From the NCBI GenBank assembly GCA_018712465.1, contig DVGY01000078.1, positions 1 to 36,816 on the forward strand: a stretch of DNA of 36,816 nt, given 5' to 3'. The translations under genes were made by a program, and so were the position numbers. Numbering within the stretch: position 1 is the stretch's first letter; every line of letters starts with the position of its first letter. Positions 1 to 8,183 of this stretch are shown piece after piece. This DNA is from Candidatus Egerieicola pullicola (GTDB lineage Bacteria > Bacillota > Clostridia > Oscillospirales > Ruminococcaceae). The notes under the pieces are model-generated. The model did no database searches and was not told the DNA's origin. It was given only the letters and a program-made list of their open reading frames with translations.

Positions 1-381
1 GTGACGCATATCGGTGTTTTGAGTATCGTCTACTCCGGTGGGCACCGAAGCGTGAGGAATGTTGGGGATGCTCAGCAGCAATTCACGCTGTCTGGCTTCC
101 AGCTGGGAAACCATCTTGGTGTTTTCCGCAATGGTATCGCTGAGCTTTTTGGTGGATTCCATAATTTCGGAAATATCTTTGCCTTCCTTTTTCAGCTGAG
201 GAATCTGTTTGCTGATGGTCTTCTGCTGATTCCGCAGCTGGTCATTCTGGGTGGAAATTTCCCGGCGCTTGGCATCGATCTCCAGGATTTCGTCCACTGC
301 GGCGTCCAAATTGCCGTTGCGGCGCTTTACTGCGTCCTTAACCAAATCGGGATTTTCTCGAATCAAACGAATGTCTAACAT
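1..381 (-). CDS. serS: seryl-tRNA synthetase, N-terminal 127 codons (rest lies beyond window start)
   Basis: Own reverse-complement translation from ATG at 381 gives MLDIRLIRENPDLVKDAVKRRNGNLDAAVDEILEIDAKRREISTQNDQLRNQQKTISKQIPQLKKEGKD...LLLSIPNIPHASVPTG. This is the SerS N-terminal coiled-coil arm plus the IPNIPHxSVP motif. A GAGAGGAAG RBS lies just upstream. It is missing from the ORF track because there is no stop in the window. The track ORF 1..378 (+) is its antisense shadow. Confidence 0.85.
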   Translation of the reverse strand, partial: MLDIRLIRENPDLVKDAVKRRNGNLDAAVDEILEIDAKRREISTQNDQLRNQQKTISKQIPQLKKEGKDISEIMESTKKLSDTIAENTKMVSQLEARQRELLLSIPNIPHASVPTGVDDTQNTDMRH

Positions 382-403
382 AGTAGTCTTCCTCTCTTTT
401 GAA

Positions 404-1249
404 TTATTCAAACAATCCGCTGATCTGTTCTACCAGCTGATGCAGTTCTTCTTTGCTGTAATAAGGAATGGAGATACTGCCTTCCTCTTCCTTCCCTTGA
501 ATACTGATTTTCCGACCAGTGGTTTCTGCCAATGCAGCTTGAGCTTCCACCAAATAGGTGTCCTGCTGTTTGGGGGGCTTTGCCGGTGCGTCTTTTTTCC
601 GGCAGTATTTTTCCACCTGCCGCACCGTCCAATCCTTAGCTACCACCAACTTTGCCACCTGGGAAATCTCTTCCGGATCATCCAACGCCAGTAACGCCCG
701 CGCATGGCCGGTGGAAAGTTTCCGTTGCCGGACCAATTCTGCCACATCTTCCGGCAGGTTCATCAACCGCAGCGCATTGGCAATCACCGGACGGGATTTT
801 CCCACGCTGTGAGCTACCTGCTCTTGGGTAAAGCCGTAATCCTGGATCAACTGATGGTATCCAGCCGCTTCTTCCATGGGATTCAGGTCCTCCCGCTGTA
901 GGTTTTCGATCAAGGCAAATTCCATGATCTGTTGCGCGGAAAGATCCCGCACCACGGCAGGAAGTTCCGTTAAACCTGCCATTCGGGCTGCCCGATACCG
1001 CCGTTCCCCTGCTACGATCAAATAACTGCCATCTTCCCGAGCAGTAACTACCAGGGGTTGGATGACTCCATGTTCCCGGATAGAATCTGCCAACTGTTCC
1101 AGCGCCTGCCGGTCAAATTCCTTTCTGGGCTGATCCGGATTGGGAGTAAATTCCGAAATGGGGATCATCTGCTCTCCTTGCTGCTCGGAAAATACGCTGT
1201 TATCTTCAAACAAAGCTTCCAAGCCTTTGCCCAATCCTCGTTTTGCCAT
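404..1249 (-). CDS. parB: chromosome partitioning protein ParB/Spo0J
   Basis: 281 aa with ParB-box motifs (IQPLVV, IVAGERRYRAA), an HTH region (GFTQEQVAHSVGKSRPVIANALRLMNLP) and LSTGHARALL. AGGAGG RBS 7 nt before the ATG. Lies directly downstream of parA. Confidence 0.93.
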   Translation of the reverse strand: MAKRGLGKGLEALFEDNSVFSEQQGEQMIPISEFTPNPDQPRKEFDRQALEQLADSIREHGVIQPLVVTAREDGSYLIVAGERRYRAARMAGLTELPAVVRDLSAQQIMEFALIENLQREDLNPMEEAAGYHQLIQDYGFTQEQVAHSVGKSRPVIANALRLMNLPEDVAELVRQRKLSTGHARALLALDDPEEISQVAKLVVAKDWTVRQVEKYCRKKDAPAKPPKQQDTYLVEAQAALAETTGRKISIQGKEEEGSISIPYYSKEELHQLVEQISGLFE

Positions 1250-1269
1250 GGCATTTCCTCCTTTCCGGG

Positions 1270-2040
1270 TTATCTTTTTTTATTGTTTTTAATTACTTCC
1301 TGGGTGAGATCCAGGTAAGCTTTGCTGCCTTTGCTGCCCTTATCGTAGTACAGCACCGGTTCTCCAAAAGAAGGGGCTTCGCTGAGCCGGACGTTTCTGG
1401 GAATCACCGTTTTATATACCTTTCCAGCAAAGTACTTCTTGACTTCCTCTACCACCTGCGTCGTGAGATTTAACCGGCCGTCAAACATGGTCAGCAGAAC
1501 TCCCTCCACATCCAGGGCGTTGTTGTACTTCTTCTTCACCGTCCGCACCGTAGCCATCAGCTGACTCAATCCTTCCAGCGCGTAATATTCGCACTGAATG
1601 GGGATCAACACGGAATCCGCAGCGTTTAGAGCATTCAAAGTAATAAGGCCTAAAGAGGGCGGACAGTCGATGATGATAAAATCAAACTGATCCTTTACTC
1701 CGATAATACCCTTTTTCAGCCGGTTAATCCGGTCCGGCAACTCTACCAATTCCACCTCTGCTCCTGCCAAATCCATACTGGCTGGAATGACCCAAAGATT
1801 GTCGAATTTGGTTTTCTGCACCAGCTGGGAAGCTCTGGTGTTGCCGATCAGCATATTGTACACCGATTGCTGCATTTCCCTCTTGTTTACCCCCACGCCG
1901 CTGGTGGCGTTACCTTGGGGATCGGTGTCGATGAGGAGGGTTTTTTTCTTTTTGCGGCCCAGGGCTGCAGCCAAATTCACCGAAGTGGTGGTCTTCCCCA
2001 CTCCGCCCTTCTGATTGGCCACCGCAATGATTTTTCCCAT
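1270..2040 (-). CDS. parA: ParA/Soj chromosome partitioning ATPase
   Basis: MGKIIAVANQKGGVGKTTT deviant Walker A and DTDPQGN. I chose the internal ATG at 2040 (AGAGGAA RBS) over the track start at 2103, which adds 21 non-conserved residues. Confidence 0.92.
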   Translation of the reverse strand: MGKIIAVANQKGGVGKTTTSVNLAAALGRKKKKTLLIDTDPQGNATSGVGVNKREMQQSVYNMLIGNTRASQLVQKTKFDNLWVIPASMDLAGAEVELVELPDRINRLKKGIIGVKDQFDFIIIDCPPSLGLITLNALNAADSVLIPIQCEYYALEGLSQLMATVRTVKKKYNNALDVEGVLLTMFDGRLNLTTQVVEEVKKYFAGKVYKTVIPRNVRLSEAPSFGEPVLYYDKGSKGSKAYLDLTQEVIKNNKKR

Positions 2041-2091
2041 GGGTGTGCATTCCTCTTTTCTAAAATTGCCTGTTTTTCGGTTACCTGCTCC

Positions 2092-2120
2092 ATTATAGCA
2101 CACTTATTCTGAAAAAGGAA
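2092..2120 (-). promoter_or_regulatory. candidate sigma-A promoter for parA-parB (extended -10)
   Basis: The minus strand reads TTCCTT-17 nt-TGcTATAAT. The extended -10 is perfect and the -35 is weak. It lies between the noc terminator/parS and the parA RBS. Confidence 0.35.
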
Positions 2121-2158
2121 TGTGTTTTCCCTAATTTTTCAAAAAGTAACTGTAGAAA

Positions 2159-2174
2159 TGTTTCACGTGAAACA
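2159..2174. promoter_or_regulatory. parS centromere site (perfect 16-bp palindrome TGTTTCACGTGAAACA)
   Basis: Exact match to the Firmicutes parS consensus TGTTNCACGTGAAACA. Located in the noc-parA intergenic region. Confidence 0.9.
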
Positions 2175-2192
2175 GCTGGATTTTGTACTTGG

Positions 2193-2226
2193 GCAAAAAA
2201 TAACGCTCCGGTTGGATACCGAAGCG
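2193..2226 (-). terminator. rho-independent terminator after noc
   Basis: On the minus strand CGCTTCGG / CCGGAGCG form an 8-bp stem (one G-U pair) with a 7-nt loop, followed by TTATTTTTTG. It starts 14 nt after the noc stop. Confidence 0.55.
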
Positions 2227-2239
2227 CATCTGTTCTGAT

Positions 2240-3022
2240 TTATTTTGGAATGGTTACAATGTATTGAATACAATCCTCTTTTTCCACCTGTTGAGTTTTC
2301 GCATGAATGCCGGCTTGTTCCATGGCATCCACTGTCTTTTGAAAGCTGTTAAAGAACAGACGAATGTCCTTGATAATCACCTTAGGACGTTTATGTACTT
2401 TTTCTTTTTTCTGCCTCTTTTCCACTGCCTGTTCCAACTTTGCCACCGTCCATTGATGTTTTCCTGCCAAGGTTAGCAGAGCTTGCTGTGTCTCCTCCGG
2501 CAAGCCCAGCACCGCTCTGGCATGCCGTTCAGAGAGATGATATTGAAGAATCAGAGTCCGGCATTCCGGAGAGAGTTTCAACAAACGAAGTTTATTGGCG
2601 ATGGTGGACTGTGCCATGTTTAATTTTTTCGCTGCTTGCTCTTGGGTAATGCCCCACTGCTCCAACAGAGCCTTTAACGCAGCGGCTTGTTCAAATACAT
2701 TGAGGTCCTGTCGATGAAGGTTCTCCACCAAAGCCAACACGGCAGAGCGCTCTGAATCGGTGTCCATTACAATGGCTTGAATCACCGAAAGCCCCGCCAG
2801 TTTTGCCGCGCGAAGCCGCCGTTCTCCACTGATGAGCTGATATTCCCCGTTCACCCGTCGAACGGTAATGGGTTGGAGTAAACCGTTCTCCTGAATAGAT
2901 ACTGCCAGCTGTTCCAATTCATGTTCCGAAAAGCTGCGCCGGGGCTGGGCCGGATTGGGTTGAATCAAATCCACCGGCAGTTCCACCACCCGGTTTACTG
3001 TTTTGGTCAGCTTGTACTTCAC
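2240..3022 (-). CDS. noc: nucleoid occlusion protein Noc (ParB paralogue)
   Basis: ParB-box (LLQPITVRR, LISGERRLRAAKLAG), HTH (QSTIANKLRLLKL), SERHARA, and a C-terminus (...IQYIVTIPK) that matches the Bacillus Noc tail (...YIQLTIRIPK). I prefer the GTG at 3022, preceded by AAGGAGG with a 7-nt spacer. The track ATG at 3091 lacks an RBS but cannot be excluded. Confidence 0.8.
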   Translation of the reverse strand: MKYKLTKTVNRVVELPVDLIQPNPAQPRRSFSEHELEQLAVSIQENGLLQPITVRRVNGEYQLISGERRLRAAKLAGLSVIQAIVMDTDSERSAVLALVENLHRQDLNVFEQAAALKALLEQWGITQEQAAKKLNMAQSTIANKLRLLKLSPECRTLILQYHLSERHARAVLGLPEETQQALLTLAGKHQWTVAKLEQAVEKRQKKEKVHKRPKVIIKDIRLFFNSFQKTVDAMEQAGIHAKTQQVEKEDCIQYIVTIPK

Positions 3023-3140
3023 CCCAAATCCCTCCTTTACCTTGGATTGTAACACGGACAAAAACAAAATGCCAGAAGATTCGTCGGTCATCCTTCGACC
3101 AAATCTTCCGGCAAATATGATTTCCCCAAATTTCCTGGTT

Positions 3141-3860
3141 TTACCCCAAGGGGGATTTTTTGATTTTTCCTGGATTTCTGGGGTATTGTTTTGGAGTTTG
3201 ACGAACTTTTCTAATCCGAAACACGCTGCGGTGACTGCCTTCGGGCAAAGTATATTCCTGGATCTCCTCTAATTTTCCTCCAAGGAGAGCGATGGCTTTT
3301 TGGGCACGTTCCCCTTCTTCATGAGGATCGGCGCCCTTCATTGGAAGAAACCACCCTCCCGCTTTCACGAAAGGCAGACAGTACTCGCAAAGCAAAGGTA
3401 AATTTGCTACTGCCCGAGCTGTTGCTACCTGAAACTGTTCCCGTAAAGCAGGTGCCTGTCCTCCATCTTCGGCTCGATTGTGAATACAGCGAACATTGTC
3501 TAATTTCAATTCCTTGCAAACAGTTTCCAGAAAGTTCACCCGTTTCTGCAAGCTGTCCAAAAGCGTGATCTTCCAATTCGGTTTGAGTACAGCCAGCACC
3601 AAGCCAGGAAATCCAGCGCCGGTACCCACATCAATCAAGGAAAGGGATTCCGGCAAAGTCCCACTATAACGAAGGAATAAGGCACTGTCCAAAAAATGCT
3701 TTACTGCAACCTCGTCCGGCTGGGTAATGGCGGTGAGGTTCATCCGCTGGTTCCAATCCAGCAGCAGATCACCGTAGCGATCTAACTGCTCCGCCTGGGC
3801 TTGAGATAACGCTAGGCTTTCCGTTGCAAATAGCGAAACCAAGTCACTGGGATTCAGCAT
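3141..3860 (-). CDS. rsmG: 16S rRNA (guanine527-N7)-methyltransferase RsmG/GidB
   Basis: 239 aa with NLTAI, the SAM-binding motif IDVGTGAGFPG, and ARAV. GGAAAGGAGGGG RBS. The start overlaps the mnmG 3' end by 17 nt. Confidence 0.9.
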   Translation of the reverse strand: MLNPSDLVSLFATESLALSQAQAEQLDRYGDLLLDWNQRMNLTAITQPDEVAVKHFLDSALFLRYSGTLPESLSLIDVGTGAGFPGLVLAVLKPNWKITLLDSLQKRVNFLETVCKELKLDNVRCIHNRAEDGGQAPALREQFQVATARAVANLPLLCEYCLPFVKAGGWFLPMKGADPHEEGERAQKAIALLGGKLEEIQEYTLPEGSHRSVFRIRKVRQTPKQYPRNPGKIKKSPLG

Positions 3861-5751
3861 GGGATTTCCCCTCCTTTCCTTGTCCCTCCAACCAAATCAG
3901 CAGCACCGTTACATCAGCGGGTGTAACCCCGGAGATTCGTCCTGCCTGTCCAAGGTTATAGGGTTGGACCTTATTCAGCTTTTCCTGCGCTTCCAGGCGT
4001 AAGCCGGTGATCTGTTTATAATCGGTGCCTTCCGGCAGCCGTTTATTTTCCAGCTTCTTCATCTGCTTCACCTGATCCAACTGCTTTTGGATGTAACCGG
4101 CATACTTCAACTGAATCTCCGCCTGTTCCCATACATCCCGAGGGAGATCCGGCCGGTCGGTATCCACCGATGCCAAATCCTGATACCGGACCTGAGGACG
4201 GCGAATCAAATCCGCCAGCTTCACCCCAGTGGAAACGGTGGATGTTTCACGTGAAACAAGAATCTCATTGAGCTGCTGGGTAGGAGATAATGTGGTGTGC
4301 TCCAATCGCTGGACTTCTTGATGAATGGCGTCCCATTTCGCCAAAAATTTCTGATACCGTTCTTCACTGATTAAGCCGATACGATAGCCGATAGGCGTCA
4401 AACGCTGATCTGCATTGTCCTGACGAAGCAGCAACCGGTACTCACTGCGGCTGGTCATCATTCGATAGGGGTCCATCACCCCTTTGATGGTGATGTCGTC
4501 AATTAAGGTTCCAATGTAGCTTTCAGATCGGTCCATCACCAAAGGTTCTCGTCCCAGTACCTGCATAGCGGCGTTGATGCCGGCCACCAATCCTTGAGCA
4601 GCTGCCTCTTCGTAGCCGGAAGTGCCGTTAAACTGACCGGCACCGTACAATCCGGGTAAAGGTTTAAACTCCAACGTCGCCTTGAGCTGTTGCGCATCAC
4701 AGCAATCGTATTCAATGGCATATGCGTTGCGCATAACCTCTACCTTCTCCAACCCGTGGATGGAATGGAGAAAAGCCAGCTGTACGTCTTCCGGCAAGGA
4801 AGAACTCATCCCCTGCAAATACATTTCCTGGGTGTCCAATCCCATAGGTTCAATGAAAAGCTGATGCCGCTTTTTATCGGAAAAACGCACCACCTTATCC
4901 TCAATGCTGGGACAGTATCGAGGACCAACTCCCTGAATTCGTTTGGCTTCTCCATAAAGGGGAGAACGATCCAGATTGTCCAAAATAATCTTATGGGTGG
5001 TTTCATTGGTATAAGCCACATAACAGGAAACCTTATTCTTCAGCCCACTGGGATCCGTGGTAAAGGAGAAGGGTACAATGGGATCGTCTCCCTTCTGTTC
5101 CTCTAACTGCGAAAAATCAATGCTGCGCCGGTGGACACGACTAGGAGTGCCGGTTTTAAACCGGCGAATGGTAATGCCGTAATCCGGGAGACGATCGGTG
5201 AGACCACAGCTGGGAAGCTGGTTATCGGGACCGGAAGCATAGTTTACTTCTCCAATATGGATTTTGGCATTCTGATAGGTACCGGAACAAATGATAGCAG
5301 CTTGCACCCGGTACAGCATTCCAAGCTTGGTCATCACGCCGGTAAGCCGTCCATTCTCTACCTGCAGGTCCACGATTTCACCCTGCTTCAAACAAAGGTT
5401 GGGCTGGTTTTCAATGACACGCTTCATGTAATGATGATACGCCCGGCGATCCGATTGCACCCGCAGACTATGTACCGCAGGTCCCTTCCCCAGATTTAAC
5501 ATCCGGCTCTGCAAAAAGGTGGCATCTGCTGCTTTGCCCATTTCTCCTCCCAAAGCGTCGATCTCCCGGACCAAGTGGCCTTTGGCGGTGCCGCCAATGG
5601 AAGGATTGCAGGGCATATTGGCCAAGCCGTCTAAGCTGAGGGTAAATAAAACTGTCTTGACTCCCAGCCGTGCTGCGGCCAAAGCCGCTTCAATTCCTGC
5701 ATGGCCGGCGCCAATCACTGCTATTTGAAACTCTTCACAAATCTGATTCAT
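3844..5751 (-). CDS. mnmG: tRNA uridine 5-carboxymethylaminomethyl modification enzyme MnmG/GidA
   Basis: FAD motif VIGAGHAGIEAA, plus GPRYCPSIEDK and GQ(F)NGTSGYEEAAAQG. Start set at the ATG at 5751 (AAGGAAG RBS), 11 nt after the mnmE stop, not at the overlapping track start 5778. Confidence 0.93.
   Translation of the reverse strand: MNQICEEFQIAVIGAGHAGIEAALAAARLGVKTVLFTLSLDGLANMPCNPSIGGTAKGHLVREIDALGGEMGKAADATFLQSRMLNLGKGPAVHSLRVQSDRRAYHHYMKRVIENQPNLCLKQGEIVDLQVENGRLTGVMTKLGMLYRVQAAIICSGTYQNAKIHIGEVNYASGPDNQLPSCGLTDRLPDYGITIRRFKTGTPSRVHRRSIDFSQLEEQKGDDPIVPFSFTTDPSGLKNKVSCYVAYTNETTHKIILDNLDRSPLYGEAKRIQGVGPRYCPSIEDKVVRFSDKKRHQLFIEPMGLDTQEMYLQGMSSSLPEDVQLAFLHSIHGLEKVEVMRNAYAIEYDCCDAQQLKATLEFKPLPGLYGAGQFNGTSGYEEAAAQGLVAGINAAMQVLGREPLVMDRSESYIGTLIDDITIKGVMDPYRMMTSRSEYRLLLRQDNADQRLTPIGYRIGLISEERYQKFLAKWDAIHQEVQRLEHTTLSPTQQLNEILVSRETSTVSTGVKLADLIRRPQVRYQDLASVDTDRPDLPRDVWEQAEIQLKYAGYIQKQLDQVKQMKKLENKRLPEGTDYKQITGLRLEAQEKLNKVQPYNLGQAGRISGVTPADVTVLLIWLEGQGKEGKSHAESQ
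4243..4258. promoter_or_regulatory. second perfect parS site, inside the mnmG coding sequence
   Basis: Identical 16-mer TGTTTCACGTGAAACA. It encodes the ...VSRETST... segment of MnmG. Confidence 0.85.
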
Positions 5752-5762
5752 GGCAACTTCCT

Positions 5763-7133
5763 TTACTTTCCCACACAAAAATTCCGAAACACTTCATCTA
5801 CCACTGCATCGGATGCCTTTTCACCGGTCAGCTCCAACAAAGAGGAAACCCCGTCGGTAAGATCCACAGTAACAGCATCTAAGGTGTAACCCGCTTCATA
5901 AGCTGCCATGGCTTGGGCCACACAGTCCCTTGCCCGGGTCACACAGCTCCTTTGCCGTTCATTGGCCAGTACTGCGGCGCCTTCCTCCAACTGCACCAAA
6001 TGAAGCACCTGTTGAATGGCTTGTTGGAGCAGTTCCAAACTCTTGGGATTTTCCACCGAAGTATGGACGATTTGCTGAAAGCTTCCTTCCAACGCCGCTT
6101 CATCCAACACCGAAGGAAGGTCTGTCTTATGCACCACTGCAATAGCAGGCACCGGCTGTTTGGAAACCTGATTCAAAATCCGATGGTCCTCTTCCGAAAA
6201 AGGACGGGAAGCATCAAACACCGCTAAAATCAAATCCGCCTGCTCCATCTTTTCCACAGCATAGTGAACACCAATCTGCTCCACAGCATCTGCGGTATCT
6301 CGGATTCCGGCCGTATCGGAAAGGAGAAGCTGAAGATCCCCCAACTGCACCTGTTCTTCAATAACGTCACGGGTCGTGCCGGCAATGTCAGTGACAATGC
6401 TCCGCTGATACCCAGAAAACAGGTTCATCAAGGTAGATTTTCCTACATTGGGCTTCCCCACAATCACGGTGCGAATGCCCTGAGTAAGCATACGGCCATT
6501 GTCATAATTTTCCAGTAATTTGCTGAATTTAGCATTTATTTCCTTCATGTTCGGCAGGAGAGAAGATTCCTCCAAAGCAGGAATATCCTCTTCCGGATAA
6601 TCTGCCCAAGCAGAAAGATACGCACAAAGCTCCAACAGAGCATCTTTGCATTCCACCACTTGGCGGTACAATGCTCCTTCCATTTGAGCTCGAGCGGTGC
6701 GGAGGGATTGTTGATTTTGGGCCCCAATCACTTCCATCACCGACTCCGCCTGGGTCAGATCCATCTTACCGTTTAAAAAGGCCCGGCGGGTAAACTCGCC
6801 CGGTCCGGCGGCAACTGCACCGCATTCCAAACAGCGGCGCAACAACTGGCGGGTTACATAAACACCGCCATGGCAGGATAACTCCGCTACATCCTCCCCG
6901 GTATAGCTATGAGGGGCATGGTACACCAGCACTACCCCATTATCTAAAACTGAACCATCCTCATTGAGAAAATAACCGTAGCTTGCCGTATAACCCGGCT
7001 TAGAAATCAAATCTTCCCCTTTGGCAGAGCGAAAACAACGGGCAGCTACCTGCAATGCTTCCGGTCCGCTGAGACGAATCACACTGATTCCACCCACTCC
7101 CAGTGGCGTAGCGATGGCGGCAATGGTAGTCAT
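5763..7133 (-). CDS. mnmE: tRNA modification GTPase MnmE/TrmE
   Basis: 456 aa with the G domain GKPNVGKSTL and DTAGIR, and the C-terminal FCVGK motif. AGAAGGAGG RBS. Confidence 0.93.
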   Translation of the reverse strand: MTTIAAIATPLGVGGISVIRLSGPEALQVAARCFRSAKGEDLISKPGYTASYGYFLNEDGSVLDNGVVLVYHAPHSYTGEDVAELSCHGGVYVTRQLLRRCLECGAVAAGPGEFTRRAFLNGKMDLTQAESVMEVIGAQNQQSLRTARAQMEGALYRQVVECKDALLELCAYLSAWADYPEEDIPALEESSLLPNMKEINAKFSKLLENYDNGRMLTQGIRTVIVGKPNVGKSTLMNLFSGYQRSIVTDIAGTTRDVIEEQVQLGDLQLLLSDTAGIRDTADAVEQIGVHYAVEKMEQADLILAVFDASRPFSEEDHRILNQVSKQPVPAIAVVHKTDLPSVLDEAALEGSFQQIVHTSVENPKSLELLQQAIQQVLHLVQLEEGAAVLANERQRSCVTRARDCVAQAMAAYEAGYTLDAVTVDLTDGVSSLLELTGEKASDAVVDEVFRNFCVGK

Positions 7134-7163
7134 AAAGCAACCTCCTTCTCTGAAAACTCCAAC

Positions 7164-7190
7164 GAAAAAGGAGAGGCATCTGCCTCCCCC
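7164..7190 (-). terminator. possible weak terminator between jag and mnmE
   Basis: On the minus strand there is a GAGGC-AGAT-GCCTC hairpin with extra flanking G:C pairs, followed by TTTTTCG. The stem is short. Confidence 0.35.
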
Positions 7191-7206
7191 TCTCCAAACT
7201 GATTGC

Positions 7207-8151
7207 TTAGAATTCGATCTTGGAATACTTTCTGGCTTTCTTTTCTTCTTCGGTACGTTCCGCTTTCAGAATCTTTTCCATGGTACCTTCGGTGCTCACC
7301 CGTTCCAGCGGATGATCCCGACGGCTGCCACGGCGGTCGTAGCCATTTCTTCCTCCGCTGCGGCGGCGGTCATATCCACCAGCCGATTTGGGGCGGGGAT
7401 TGGTGGGCAGAATAATTACCCGACGGTTGGGATCTTCTCCCTTGCTCTTGCTGGTGACTCCCTCCATTTCGGTTACCACCGAATGGACAATGCGCCGTTC
7501 ATAGGGATTCATGGGTTCCAGCATCTGGCTGCGGCCGGTACGGGCTACTTTGATGCTGGTGCGCTTTGCCAGATCCTTCAATGCCTTCTGGCGTTTATCC
7601 CGGTATTGGCCGCAATCCAAAGTCACCCGGAAATATTTGCCGTCCAACCGGTTGCAGACCAAAGTGGTCAAATGCTGAAGAGCGTCCAACGTTTCGCCGT
7701 GATGGCCGATAAGGATTCCTAAATGTTCCCCATTCAGGGTGATGGTGGCAGATTCTTCTCCTTCTTCCACCGTCATGGTAACCCCTTCCACGCCCATCTT
7801 GTCCAGAATAGCTTGGAGATATTCCTGGGCAGCCTGGAGCTTTGCAGCGTTGTTGCTCTGGCCTTCTTCTTCAACTGTTTCTTTCTCAGTTTCTTCCACC
7901 GGGGCCGGTGTTTCCACATTTTGCACCGCTTCTTCCTGCTTTACCACAGGAGGAGCAGTGCGAACGGTTTCTGCTTCCCGCACTACGGTCACCTTCACAA
8001 TGGCTTGCTGCTTGATCTTGCCAAACAGACTCTTTTTCGCAGGCTGGATTACCTGAGCGTCACATTGCTGGGAAGACACGCCCAATTCCCGGTATGCCTG
8101 TTCCAAAGCTTCCTGCTCGCTGTTGGCAGTGATGGTAATTTCCTTTGCCAT
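7207..8151 (-). CDS. jag: Jag/KhpB RNA-binding protein (Jag_N, KH, R3H) with long acidic linker and RG-rich tail
   Basis: Contains a KH-like core (ILIGHHGETLDALQHL) and an R3H region (LEPMNPYERRIVHS), and sits in the conserved position after yidC. Start set at the ATG at 8151 (GAGAGGAA RBS). The track start 8178 leaves only 5 nt after the yidC stop. Confidence 0.85.
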   Translation of the reverse strand: MAKEITITANSEQEALEQAYRELGVSSQQCDAQVIQPAKKSLFGKIKQQAIVKVTVVREAETVRTAPPVVKQEEAVQNVETPAPVEETEKETVEEEGQSNNAAKLQAAQEYLQAILDKMGVEGVTMTVEEGEESATITLNGEHLGILIGHHGETLDALQHLTTLVCNRLDGKYFRVTLDCGQYRDKRQKALKDLAKRTSIKVARTGRSQMLEPMNPYERRIVHSVVTEMEGVTSKSKGEDPNRRVIILPTNPRPKSAGGYDRRRSGGRNGYDRRGSRRDHPLERVSTEGTMEKILKAERTEEEKKARKYSKIEF

Positions 8152-8183
8152 AGTCAACGATTCCTCTCTTTCACTCAAAAAGC

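Noticed and set aside
1-378. Plus-strand ORF 1..378 (125 aa) starting at the window edge
   Set aside because: It is antisense to the clear SerS N-terminus that I translated from the minus strand.
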